Numbered from the stretch's first letter, positions 45,821-55,269 are shown. The stretch: 64,000 nucleotides of DNA from an uncultured Chloroflexia bacterium (GCA_963765765.1 CAVXYC010000027.1:160001-224000); one strand, 5' to 3'. Translations and numbers: made by a program. The notes: generated by a model not told the origin, from the letters alone.

Positions 45821-45905
45821 TTGGTGGTGTCGGGCAAAATGCCCGACAGTTTGCCGCCGAATAAAAGATGAGTCCGCTGTCGGGCAAGATGCCCGACACT
45901 ACCAA
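45821..45905. repeat. REP doublet (REPIN/BIME-like)
   Basis: Two copies of TGTCGGGCAA(A/G)ATGCCCGACA flanked by TTGGTGG / CTACCAA. Confidence 0.7.
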
Positions 45906-45915
45906 GCTCAACGCG

Positions 45916-46767
45916 CTACGTATGCTCCGCTATGAACGCACGCATTAAATCGATTGCCCGCTCAGTCTCAGGTCCGCCCTTTCTACAAAAGTTGTGCGGC
46001 ATGTCCTGAAACTGCTCCACGGTGGCCGAGCCGCCACGAGCAACGTAGCTGGCTGCGAACCTCAGCGTTAGCATCAGCGGGATATTGGTGTCCGCTGTTC
46101 CCTGGATGAGCAGGACGGGTGGCAGCTCGGCGGGATCGCCGCGATCCAGGATCATGTGGGGATTGCCCTGACGCATCTCCTCTTGATCGTGGAAATAGCC
46201 TTCTGTGCGGGTGATCAGATCCTGGCGACCAGTTTCAATGGCGAAGAAATAACGCGAGTACGGATCCATAATTGGCCAACCGCCGATCACGTATCGAAGT
46301 CGCGCATCGCTGGCCGCCCCAGCACTCACATGAGACGCGAAGCGTGAATCGCCCGGACGCATTGCGACAAGCATAGCCGTGTGCCCGCCGCTGGAGGAGC
46401 CGAATGCTCCGATGGACTCCGCATTGCAGCCAAGCTCGGTGGCATGTCCCTTGAGCCATCGCACAGCAAGATTCACGTCCTGGACCTGAGCCGGGTAGGG
46501 GTGATCAGGTGCAACTCGAAAGTCAGGAGACATGACAACCATGCCGCGCTGGGCGAGACCATGAGCAACGTTGCGGTCGCCGTGACGATCGCCCGTGGTC
46601 CAGGCGCCGCCGTGGACATCCACGATTCCGAGGGCGCGCTCTACACCAATAGGACAGTAAATCGTGGCACTGTACGACGCGCCATCCAGCTCGAGATACA
46701 CGACGTCCATGGTGGTGACGTCAAACCGCGCGGTCAATTCCTGCTCAGGCATCGGTTGCAGCCCCAT
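45916..46767 (-). CDS. Alpha/beta hydrolase (HSL family esterase)
   Basis: HGGAW, GSSSGG, GTAD, MPH. Confidence 0.88.
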   Translation of the reverse strand: MGLQPMPEQELTARFDVTTMDVVYLELDGASYSATIYCPIGVERALGIVDVHGGAWTTGDRHGDRNVAHGLAQRGMVVMSPDFRVAPDHPYPAQVQDVNLAVRWLKGHATELGCNAESIGAFGSSSGGHTAMLVAMRPGDSRFASHVSAGAASDARLRYVIGGWPIMDPYSRYFFAIETGRQDLITRTEGYFHDQEEMRQGNPHMILDRGDPAELPPVLLIQGTADTNIPLMLTLRFAASYVARGGSATVEQFQDMPHNFCRKGGPETERAIDLMRAFIAEHT

Positions 46768-46919
46768 TCAACATGATTGGAGCGAGTGTAACGCACGTGC
46801 GCGAAGGGTCCTGAACCGTGTCAGGTGGGCTTGACGCGGAATCGCCGGGTTCCTTAGACTGGCCCCGTCGTTCATGGACTGAGCGAACGTTTTGCAATCA
46901 GGGGCGATCCTACTTCCAT

Positions 46920-47050
46920 ATTGCCGAATCTCCCGTACGCGGGAGAGCGGGGGAACCATTTTCCTGGGGTGAATCGCGAGGAGGCCCTCTGAGGTCCATC
47001 GCGGCGGGCTAATCTCTCTGTCCGAACCCGTCAGCTAACTCCGCAGGCAC
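46920..47050 (+). promoter_or_regulatory. c-di-AMP (ydaO/yuaA) riboswitch
   Basis: GCCGAATC...GAGCGGGGGAACCA..TGGGGTGAAT...CCGAACCCGTCAGCTAACTCCGCAGGC matches the ydaO consensus blocks. Confidence 0.92.
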
Positions 47051-47103
47051 ACACGTCATAGACGTGCAATTGAGAGAGGGGTAGCGTCGGTCGACACGAG
47101 TTG

Positions 47104-47129
47104 ACCAGAGGCGTGTCCTCTGGTTTTTT
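47104..47129 (+). terminator. Riboswitch expression-platform terminator
   Basis: ACCAGAGG-CGTGT-CCTCTGGT-TTTTT upstream of the CDS. Confidence 0.85.
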
Positions 47130-47203
47130 CATGTCATTTGTTGCGCAGGCAACGTCAATTCGGAGCATGAAACGATTACACGGCTAGCCCGCGGCCGCGA
47201 GGT

Positions 47204-48310
47204 ATGGATTCGATGAAGTCGCTGTTCATCCTACGTCCTCTCGTCCTCAGCACTGTGGCAATGCTGCTGGTCATCTCCACACCGCGCATTGGACTTGGTG
47301 CTGACGAGTTTCAGGCAGGTTCGTCGGCGGTTGTAAGTGGTACAGAGGGAAGCGGACTCAGGGTGCGCTCCGGCCCAGGTACCACGAGCAATGTCCTCAC
47401 CACATTGAAAGACGGTGAAAAGGTTGAGATCACGGGCTCTCCGATGGAGAGCAACGGCTTGACCTGGTATCCGGTTAAGTCGGGACGCGTGTCAGGGTGG
47501 TCGAACTCGCAATTCCTGACTGTGCTGAAAAGCGGCGACTCACAGGATGTGACCGCTTCCACCCGCTCCGACGCCACCTCCGAGCTCAGTGCATCCGATG
47601 CCAAGGATGGCCCAGAGCTGCGCATGGTCCAGATCCTCAATGAGACCCGCGTGGCTCGAGGCCTGAATCCGCTGGCGTGGAACGCGGAGCTAGCAAAAGC
47701 ATCCAACGCTCACGCGGCGGACATGGCCAAGCGCGGGTATATGGAGCACACAAATCCGGAAGGCTTGGACCCACGCGACCGCGCCACAAAAGCAGGATAC
47801 ATCGTCCCACCGCGCACTCCATGGCTTGTCATCGAGACGATCTCTGCACGGCCAACCGTTGAAGCCGCGATGGGGTGGCTCCTCGGCCACCAGCCCCATG
47901 CTGCGGTTCTTCTCAAACCAGTCTGGCGGGAAGTCGGAGCGGCGTATGTCAAGGGCGGCCCCTATGGGCAGTTCTGGGTCATGAACTTCGGCTGTCGGCC
48001 CAATGTCCTTCCAGCATTTGCTTCTACTGGCAAGGTCGACCTGACGGTGGACATCACGCTCACCAATGAGCTGTGTACGCCTGGCGGCCAGGGGAACTAC
48101 ATGGGCAAGGCCGTGGACGTGCAGATCTCACAAAACGAGGACTTCGCCGGCGCGGACTGGGAGCCCTTCGCCTCACAAAAGACGGTGAAGAATCCCGCTA
48201 CGCGCATGTACGTCAAGCTTCGCGACGCTCAAGGTCGGACGACGCAGAACGATCTGAGCGTTTCGGGCATCGTCACGGCAGCCGGCGACTCGACTCCCAT
48301 CAAGCCCTAA
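47204..48310 (+). CDS. Secreted SH3 + CAP (SCP) domain protein
   Basis: Signal peptide; LRVRSGPGT..WY.V...GW (SH3b); NETRVARGLNPL..H..DM..H (CAP). Confidence 0.88.
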   Translation: MDSMKSLFILRPLVLSTVAMLLVISTPRIGLGADEFQAGSSAVVSGTEGSGLRVRSGPGTTSNVLTTLKDGEKVEITGSPMESNGLTWYPVKSGRVSGWSNSQFLTVLKSGDSQDVTASTRSDATSELSASDAKDGPELRMVQILNETRVARGLNPLAWNAELAKASNAHAADMAKRGYMEHTNPEGLDPRDRATKAGYIVPPRTPWLVIETISARPTVEAAMGWLLGHQPHAAVLLKPVWREVGAAYVKGGPYGQFWVMNFGCRPNVLPAFASTGKVDLTVDITLTNELCTPGGQGNYMGKAVDVQISQNEDFAGADWEPFASQKTVKNPATRMYVKLRDAQGRTTQNDLSVSGIVTAAGDSTPIKP

Positions 48311-48352
48311 CAGCCGAGCGACGTTGCCGAAGCGGCCCGTCACGGCGAGGCG

Positions 48353-48620
48353 TTAGGTCGTTACGCGCCGCGCTGCAGAAGCGACGGCGCCCACTTTCCG
48401 TGCTGCGTCGGACGTTGGTCCCGAAAGTGACGAAGATTGGCCGCGCCGATAATGGCGGCAGAACGCAAAGAGCTCGTCATCGTTACAGAGATATTTCTGC
48501 GTGGATGGATCGAGTGGAAGGTCCGACTCAGGTGACGGACGAGCGCCGCATCCGAATGGCTCCTCGTCGATCGTGCTGAGACCGACGCGTATCAAGGTGA
48601 CGCAGATACGGACACGGCAT
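48353..48620 (-). CDS. Small Cys-rich protein (probable frameshift near 48580)
   Basis: MPCPYL... joins in another frame to ..GCGA..P...QKYLC....FCRHY. Confidence 0.45.
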
Positions 48621-48741
48621 TCCAGGAGCGAGTATGCGGGTCCGCGTATCACAATCATATTTCGAGCCGATGAGCTGGTATCACGAAGCCATCACGGCTC
48701 CCGGTTGGGGAGCGATTCCTGGGGTAGCCACGATCTGTTCG

Positions 48742-50283
48742 CTATACATTGCTACGTTTACGCAGTACACCGATCAGGAGTCGTGATTCACTGACCCTGA
48801 GCAAGACCGTAAGGCCGACGTACACCACCAGGCCGAGCCCGCCTAGAAGCGCGAGTACGAACGATGGTGATGCTGAAATGGAAGCAACCGGTTCGAGTGC
48901 AACCGTCTGCACAATAGCCATTGCTATGCCGGCCACTGAGAGACGAGCCATGAATCCGAGGCTGTCGGCGGTAATTACTTTTCCAATCGTACGATGAATG
49001 AGCGCCAGCAAAATGAGGCCGTGCGCACCGTTCTGGACGGCGTTCGCCAATGCCAGTCCCACGACCCCTAGCGGCTGGAGAAGTGCAAGCGCCGTGGCAA
49101 GGTAGAGGGTTACTGTCAGGACGCCCACGATGACCGGTGTCCGAGTATCTTTGCGCGAATAAAACGCCACAATCAGCAGCTGGTCCATCGCCGTCAGCGG
49201 AAGCTGGGGCGCGTACGCGAGTAATACGAGCGCCGTTCGGCTCGTATCACCGGCGGTGAACTGCCCGCGCTGGAAGACGAGCTCCACCAGCGGATCACGA
49301 AGCATCATCATGGCAACCATGGCGGGCACCATCAGAAAGAAGACCAATCGGATTCCCGAGATAAGTGACGTCCGATAGTCTCCCAGGCTGTTCTCGCCGC
49401 CCTCAACCTGCGCGCTTGCGAATCCAGCGAGCGTCGGCAGAATTGCCGACGAGATAGCCACCCCGATAAGCCCAAGTGGAAATTGGATCAGCCTTGTGGC
49501 GTAGCCCATGATCGTCATACTCCCGTCCACGAGCAGCGACGCGAGATATCGATCGATCACAATTCCAACGATAGTGACAACCATTCCGGCTGCGACGGGC
49601 GCGTAGAGCCGCAATGCCGTTCGCACTTCCGGTCGATCCAGCCCGAAGGTGACTCTGAATCGGAGACGTCGAAGGCTCGCCAACTGCAACGCAAGCTGCA
49701 GTGCCGCCCCCAGAACGACACCTACCACCAGTGATTCGACGCCAAGCATAGGGTGCAGCGCAAGCGCCGCGAGAATGATGGCCCCGTTGTAGAGCGCTGG
49801 GGCGAAGGACGGCGCGGCGAAGCGCTGCTGGGCGAACAGGGTCGCCATGAGCACCCCAGCGAGGCCCTGGAAGACGACCGCCACCAACATGACCCTAACC
49901 ATGGAGACGGACTGCTCACGCTGCTGTGGATCGAACCCATTGCCAAGGATGCCCATGATCTGCGGCGCAAACAGCATGAGCACGCCAGTAACAATCCCGA
50001 GCATCACCGCCGCTAGCGTCAACAGTGCGCTCACTGTCTCGCCCAGGCGCTCCTCATCACGCCTTTGGTCCACGAGCACGGGCACTAAGGCGGCGCTGAT
50101 GGCTCCGCCAATGAGCAGGTCGTAAACGATCATAGGCACGGCAGACGCAGCGACGAATGCATCCGTGGCGCCGGTGGCTCCAAAGAGCCAGGCCATGACC
50201 AGCTCGCGGAACAATCCGAGCAGCCGGCTCACAACGTTGCCAACCATGATGAGCAGCGCAGCCAGCGCAACGTGGCGAAGCAT
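48742..50283 (-). CDS. murJ: Lipid II flippase MurJ/MviN
   Basis: SRLLGLFRE, TDAF, GGAISAALVP, RLIQFPLG, FYSRKDTRTP. Confidence 0.93.
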   Translation of the reverse strand: MLRHVALAALLIMVGNVVSRLLGLFRELVMAWLFGATGATDAFVAASAVPMIVYDLLIGGAISAALVPVLVDQRRDEERLGETVSALLTLAAVMLGIVTGVLMLFAPQIMGILGNGFDPQQREQSVSMVRVMLVAVVFQGLAGVLMATLFAQQRFAAPSFAPALYNGAIILAALALHPMLGVESLVVGVVLGAALQLALQLASLRRLRFRVTFGLDRPEVRTALRLYAPVAAGMVVTIVGIVIDRYLASLLVDGSMTIMGYATRLIQFPLGLIGVAISSAILPTLAGFASAQVEGGENSLGDYRTSLISGIRLVFFLMVPAMVAMMMLRDPLVELVFQRGQFTAGDTSRTALVLLAYAPQLPLTAMDQLLIVAFYSRKDTRTPVIVGVLTVTLYLATALALLQPLGVVGLALANAVQNGAHGLILLALIHRTIGKVITADSLGFMARLSVAGIAMAIVQTVALEPVASISASPSFVLALLGGLGLVVYVGLTVLLRVSESRLLIGVLRKRSNV

Positions 50284-50418
50284 CAGGGCTTTATGGCCGC
50301 AAAAATTGACCGAGGTCCCCAAAGGGTTCCGGTGCGATGGACGTCCTCTGCCGCCGAAGCCGTCCACCCCACCGGAGAAGCCCCGCCGGCGCTGACAAAA
50401 CAACGGTGCTTGAAATGC

Positions 50419-51984
50419 TCATCGCTCCAGCCGATACACCTGGTAGTCGCTACCCCGGCCTGTCGCGACACGCCCGCGACCCTCCAACGGAGTGGCGGTC
50501 AGTCGACGTTCCACTTGTTCCAGATCACGACCGTTGAGCACCGCCAGCACGCTGGGCGCGGTTTGCAGCGCATCCTCCAGGCGACGCGGAGCTATCCGCT
50601 CAGCGCGGAACGGCACCTCGTCCATGGCCAGTAAATAACGGAAGCCTCGAATCTCAGTCACACCAGTTCCGGGCAGCTCGGTGCCCATATCCTCGTCCAC
50701 AATGACGAGCTCACCAGGTCGACGGGCTCCCGCGATAGCGCCCTCCAGGCGCAGGATTCGCTCATTGGTGTCGCCAGTGCGAAGCAGGCGATCGTAGTAG
50801 CGCTGCAGCGAGGAGAAGGAGGGCACGAGAATGGCAACAAGGGCAAGAGTCATCACGACTCGCTGTAACGGCACTGATCGCACCCCAAATCGATGCGCGA
50901 GAGCATCGATTGTGACCGCAATACCTATCGCGATCAGTGGGTACAGCGGCATTAGATAGCGAATCGTCACCAACGTTCGAAACTTTGAGTTCACAAGCGG
51001 AAGAAGTACAAGAAACGTCACCACTGCCAGCAGCGGCAATGGCTGGCCACGGCGCCAGAGCAGCAACAGTCCGGCGATTGCCAATATCCCGCCGACGACT
51101 ACGCCGGGATCAACGAGGTAGCTGAACACGTCCGGCCGTTGATCCACGGCTCCGCCGACTAGGCGGGCAAGCAAGAGCAGCATCGAGCCGACTGTTCGCC
51201 AACCTGAATCGGCGTCGTCCGCCAGAGCGTACTCATTGCTGATACGTTGGGCACTACTGAGCGAGTCGAAGTTGCTTGCCAGGTTGTAGGCAATCATGTT
51301 GCCGTATCCAAGCAGGAAGGCCCCGAAAGCAAGCGCCATCCACGAAACAGACAGCGTGCTCCGCCCTCGCCACAGTGTGAAGGCAGCGACGGCCGGTGCA
51401 AGCGCGATCACCGCGGGGTGAGTTTGGAGCGCCAGACCGAATGCGAGCCCAGCTCCGACGAGCGCGGGACCGCTTCCGCGCATTTGTGCACGAACTAGTA
51501 GCCAGAAGGTCAATGTCGTGAACAGTGGAGTGATGCAATTGCTCCAGGCGATGTGACTGTTCACGGCGATGTGGGCGCTGCTTCCTGCTATGAGCAATGC
51601 TGCCACGGCCCCAACCATCCGATTGCCAAGCTCTCGACCGAGCAGGAAGGTGGGTAAAACGGTGAGCGCACCAAGTGCCATGACGATCCATCTCGGAAGA
51701 AGCGGGTCGGTGCCCAACACGGCCATCGGTATGGCAATCAGGTAGTTGAACAGCGCGCCGTAGTAAGTGTCGTAGTTCGTCAGCGGCAGAATCTCACCTC
51801 GGGCAATCGCCGCGCTGTGTAAGACCTCCAGCGTCTCGTCAGTGAAGCGAGGCAGCAACGTCACAAACGGCCAGCGAAGGGCGAATGCCGGCGCCAGAAT
51901 AAGCACGGGGATGAGCCACAGGCCGGACGAGCGACGTGCGTTCGGAGTCACAGCGGCCGGTTTGCCCGCATGGCTGGCGACCAA
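50419..51984 (-). CDS. GT-C (PMT/ArnT family 39-like) glycosyltransferase
   Basis: FTDE acidic motif after TM1, LQTHP, RYLMPLYP, more than 10 TMs. Confidence 0.75.
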   Translation of the reverse strand: MVASHAGKPAAVTPNARRSSGLWLIPVLILAPAFALRWPFVTLLPRFTDETLEVLHSAAIARGEILPLTNYDTYYGALFNYLIAIPMAVLGTDPLLPRWIVMALGALTVLPTFLLGRELGNRMVGAVAALLIAGSSAHIAVNSHIAWSNCITPLFTTLTFWLLVRAQMRGSGPALVGAGLAFGLALQTHPAVIALAPAVAAFTLWRGRSTLSVSWMALAFGAFLLGYGNMIAYNLASNFDSLSSAQRISNEYALADDADSGWRTVGSMLLLLARLVGGAVDQRPDVFSYLVDPGVVVGGILAIAGLLLLWRRGQPLPLLAVVTFLVLLPLVNSKFRTLVTIRYLMPLYPLIAIGIAVTIDALAHRFGVRSVPLQRVVMTLALVAILVPSFSSLQRYYDRLLRTGDTNERILRLEGAIAGARRPGELVIVDEDMGTELPGTGVTEIRGFRYLLAMDEVPFRAERIAPRRLEDALQTAPSVLAVLNGRDLEQVERRLTATPLEGRGRVATGRGSDYQVYRLER

Positions 51985-52122
51985 CGTTCGCCTACCCCGC
52001 GATCTCGGACTTGGTTAGAACCATGCGTGTGGCATTCAACACGATTCCGTCCTCAGCCATAGCGGCTCCGTGCCCTGCGCTAAACATGTCTGCAAACGGC
52101 AAGTTTACCCGAGGAAGCCTGC

Positions 52123-52292
52123 GATGCTCTCCGAGAGTGGGGTCGACCCGCCCTGGGACCGCGGCCGTCGAGGCCGCATCCCCCATCGGCGAACGATTAG
52201 GCCAGGTGGCTGCCTCGACGGCCAGGGGATGGCCGGGACGGCCGCGGTCCCAGGAAGAACCCACCTTGCGGGGCATGACCATCCGGGGCATC
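52123..52292. ncRNA. Candidate structured RNA with mutually exclusive helices
   Basis: 18-bp perfect inverted repeat, a competing 12-bp inverted repeat and an outer stem. Confidence 0.4.
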
Positions 52293-52336
52293 ATCTCTGA
52301 ACTCACGTCATTACGCCGAGGAGCTTAGCCATCGTC

Positions 52337-53530
52337 ATGTCAGGAGCGGCTGAACCTTCCGTTCGCATTGAAGCCATTCGCGAGATCGTGGCGCCCATGC
52401 GCGGCGAGATTCGAAACGCCTATATCGATTTCACAAAGATGACCGCGACGGTTGTCGCGGTGGTCACTAACGTGACACGCAACGGTCGTCGAGTAATCGG
52501 ATACGGCTTCAATTCCAATGGGCGCTATGCGGCAAACGGCATCCTGCGTGATCGGATGATCCCGCGCATCATGGAAGCTGGCGCGCGAGAGCTGGTCAAT
52601 GACGATGGATCCAATCTCGATCCGCACCGCATCTGGCAGCTCATGATGGCAAACGAAAAGCCCGGCGGACATGGGGAGCGGTCAGTCGCGGTTGGCACCG
52701 TGGACATGGCGCTCTGGGACGCAGTGGCAAAGATCGAGGACAAGCCGCTTTATCAGGTGCTCGCGGAACGGTATCGCAATAGCCAGGTCGATGAGAAAGT
52801 GTGGGTCTACGCCGCTGGGGGTTATTACTCGCCCGGAAAAGGCCTATCGGCGCTGCAGGACGAGCTTCGCGGCTACATAGACCTGGGCTATCGCACGGTC
52901 AAAATGAAGATCGGCGGCGCCAGGTTGGATGAAGACATCCGGCGGATCGAAGCAGCACTCGAGGTCGTCGATGGCGACGGGCAGCGTCTATGTGTTGACG
53001 CCAATGGTCGGTTTGACGAGTCCGAGGCAATCGCTTATGGGGAGGCTCTGGCTCCATACAATCTGCGCTGGTACGAAGAGGCCGGCGATCCGCTCGACTA
53101 TGAGCTCCAGGCGAAAGTAGCAGCGGTCTACGATCCGCCGATGGCCACGGGAGAGAACCTTTTCTCTCACCAGGATGCTAGAAATCTTCTGCGCTACGGT
53201 GGGATGCGGCCGGAGAAAGATATCCTCCAGTTCGACTGCGCGCTCAGCTATGGACTGGTGGAATATCTGCGTACGCTGGACGTACTCGCGGAGCACGGCT
53301 GGTCATGGCGCCAGGTTGTGCCGCACGGCGGACATCAGATGTCACTCAACATCGCCGCGGGACTGGGTCTTGGGGGCAATGAGTCCTATCCGGGGGTTTT
53401 CCAGCCGTTCGGCGGATTCGCCGACTCCATCCCGATCGAGGACGGCTACTCGCGACTCCCTGATGCCCCGGGAGTCGGATTCGAGCTCAAACACGAGCTC
53501 ATTTCCTTGATGAGAACCGTCGCAGAATAG
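52337..53530 (+). CDS. tarD: D-tartrate dehydratase-like (mandelate racemase subgroup)
   Basis: IRNAYIDFTKMT, GFNSNGRY, NEKPGGHGERSVAVG, YAAGGYY, KMKIGG, PHGGHQMSL; closely resembles TarD as recalled. Confidence 0.8.
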   Translation: MSGAAEPSVRIEAIREIVAPMRGEIRNAYIDFTKMTATVVAVVTNVTRNGRRVIGYGFNSNGRYAANGILRDRMIPRIMEAGARELVNDDGSNLDPHRIWQLMMANEKPGGHGERSVAVGTVDMALWDAVAKIEDKPLYQVLAERYRNSQVDEKVWVYAAGGYYSPGKGLSALQDELRGYIDLGYRTVKMKIGGARLDEDIRRIEAALEVVDGDGQRLCVDANGRFDESEAIAYGEALAPYNLRWYEEAGDPLDYELQAKVAAVYDPPMATGENLFSHQDARNLLRYGGMRPEKDILQFDCALSYGLVEYLRTLDVLAEHGWSWRQVVPHGGHQMSLNIAAGLGLGGNESYPGVFQPFGGFADSIPIEDGYSRLPDAPGVGFELKHELISLMRTVAE

Positions 53531-53600
53531 CGATCCACGATCCGTAGGGCGGTCTGGTCCGCTGACGGGCGCCTACGGAGACACGCCCCAGGTGGCAACC

Positions 53601-53945
53601 CTAACGAACCGATGCTCGCTTTGCAGGCTTGATGACTTCTGTGCGCTCCGGCGCAACGCGCCTCGGCTCACTCCGCCCAACTTTCCAGCTCGGCACGATA
53701 CCGCGATCGAGCGGGACGTACACCACGAGCACGCCGCTGTCGTGACTTGCCCGGATGCCGCGAGCGATGGCCGGTCGCGGCAGGCGGACAGATTCCACGT
53801 GGCCGTCCGTCGCGATGAGCAGCGTGTCGCCCTGCGCCATGACCTTGATCCCCGAAGCGTTCCGATCGTCCAACGGCATACGTACGAGCACACCACGAGA
53901 GGTATCGAGAACTCGGATCGCGTGGCCATCACAACTGGTCTGCAT
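53601..53945 (-). CDS. Divergent Hsp20/alpha-crystallin-like protein
   Basis: LVRMPL..IKV...TLLI...VRLP...IRASHDSGVLVVYVP; GAGG SD. Confidence 0.6.
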   Translation of the reverse strand: MQTSCDGHAIRVLDTSRGVLVRMPLDDRNASGIKVMAQGDTLLIATDGHVESVRLPRPAIARGIRASHDSGVLVVYVPLDRGIVPSWKVGRSEPRRVAPERTEVIKPAKRASVR

Positions 53946-54102
53946 GGTGAACCTCGACCAGAATTGCGGAGCCCGGAACGGAGCCCTGCACTTCTACTAA
54001 AAGCAAAAGCCATGCCGGGCGTCCCAGACGGCTGCGCGTACCCGTCTTCTCGGCCTGATTCACCGGCTATACTGGGCGTCGAAGCGAGGCGAGGGAGTGT
54101 GG

Positions 54103-54198
54103 ATGGGTCGGCTTCTTCCGACGACCCTGGTGCGGAGCTACCCGCAATCTGACTGGCTGGTCGCCCGAATGGTCCGCTCCGAGCTAGCGGGCCCATAG
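54103..54198 (+). pseudogene. 31-aa uORF homologous to the N-terminus of the downstream MetE-like gene
   Basis: MGRLLPTTLVRSYPQSDWLVAR vs MTLLETTVVGSYPQPDWLVDR; GGGAG SD. Confidence 0.7.
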
Positions 54199-54217
54199 GC
54201 ACACCTCGGAGGCATCT

Positions 54218-55246
54218 GTGACATTACTCGAAACGACCGTTGTGGGCAGCTATCCCCAGCCAGATTGGCTTGTGGATCGCGAAAATCTCGGCGGTCGGCT
54301 ACCACCACGCGTGCGAGCTCGAGAGATTTGGCGAGTTCCCGAGCCCTTTCTCGAGCAAGCCCAGGATGATGCTACGCTGGTGGCGATCCGAGCCATGGAG
54401 CGAGCTGGAATCGACGTTATCTCCGACGGCGAGATCCGGCGAGAGAGCTACTCCAATCGGCTGGCGAACGCGCTGGAAGGACTCGATCCGGAGAATCCAG
54501 GTACGGCGCTAGACCGCACGGGACATCCTAATCCCGTCCCCCGGGTCGTCGGGCCAATCCGTCGCGGACGCCCGATCGAGGTGCGGGATCTCGAGTTCCT
54601 GCGAGCCAACACTGACCGCAAGGTCAAAATCACGTTGCCGGGTCCATTCACCGTCACGCAGCAGGCGCAGAATGATTACTACCCCGACGTCGAAGCCTGG
54701 GCCATGGACGTAGCGGCAGCGATCAATGAGGAAATCAAGGACCTCTTTGCCGCCGGCGCTGACGTCGTGCAAATCGACGAGCCGTACCTTCAGGCCCGAC
54801 CCGAGCAAGCTCGGGCCTATGCATTGAAAGCGATCAATCGAGCGCTCCAAGGGGTCCAGGGCACCACAGCGCTGCATAGCTGCTTCGGCTACGCGCACAT
54901 CGTGCACAACCGCATGCAAGCCTACCCATTCCTGGCTGAGCTCAACGACTCGGCCCTGGATCAGATCTCGATTGAGGCGGCGCAGCCAAGGCTCGATCTC
55001 TCAGTTTTGCGCGCAGTATCGGACAAGATCATCATATTGGGCGTCCTTGACCTGGGCGATCCGACGATCGAACCACCGGAGATCGTAGCCAACCGCATTC
55101 GCGCCGCACTGGAGTACGTGCCCCCTGAGAGGCTCGTGCTTGCGCCGGACTGCGGTATGAAATACTTGCCGCGCAACGTAGCGGACGGGAAATTGAGCGC
55201 CATGGTGAGCGCGGCCAGAACGGTCCGGAAAGAACTGGGGGGCTGA
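54218..55246 (+). CDS. Cobalamin-independent methionine synthase II family (single-barrel) protein
   Basis: TTVVGSYP, SDGE.RR, QIDEP, HSCFG, PDCG. Confidence 0.9.
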   Translation: MTLLETTVVGSYPQPDWLVDRENLGGRLPPRVRAREIWRVPEPFLEQAQDDATLVAIRAMERAGIDVISDGEIRRESYSNRLANALEGLDPENPGTALDRTGHPNPVPRVVGPIRRGRPIEVRDLEFLRANTDRKVKITLPGPFTVTQQAQNDYYPDVEAWAMDVAAAINEEIKDLFAAGADVVQIDEPYLQARPEQARAYALKAINRALQGVQGTTALHSCFGYAHIVHNRMQAYPFLAELNDSALDQISIEAAQPRLDLSVLRAVSDKIIILGVLDLGDPTIEPPEIVANRIRAALEYVPPERLVLAPDCGMKYLPRNVADGKLSAMVSAARTVRKELGG

Positions 55247-55269
55247 TGCGCTATCTGACAAAGCGCAAT

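Noticed and set aside
51992-52306. 104-aa minus-strand ORF
   Set aside because: No recognisable family or SD; region better explained by inverted repeats, though not excluded.
53573-54202. 209-aa and 186-aa overlapping ORFs
   Set aside because: Low-complexity R/S/P/A composition; region explained by the Hsp20-like ORF, promoter and uORF.
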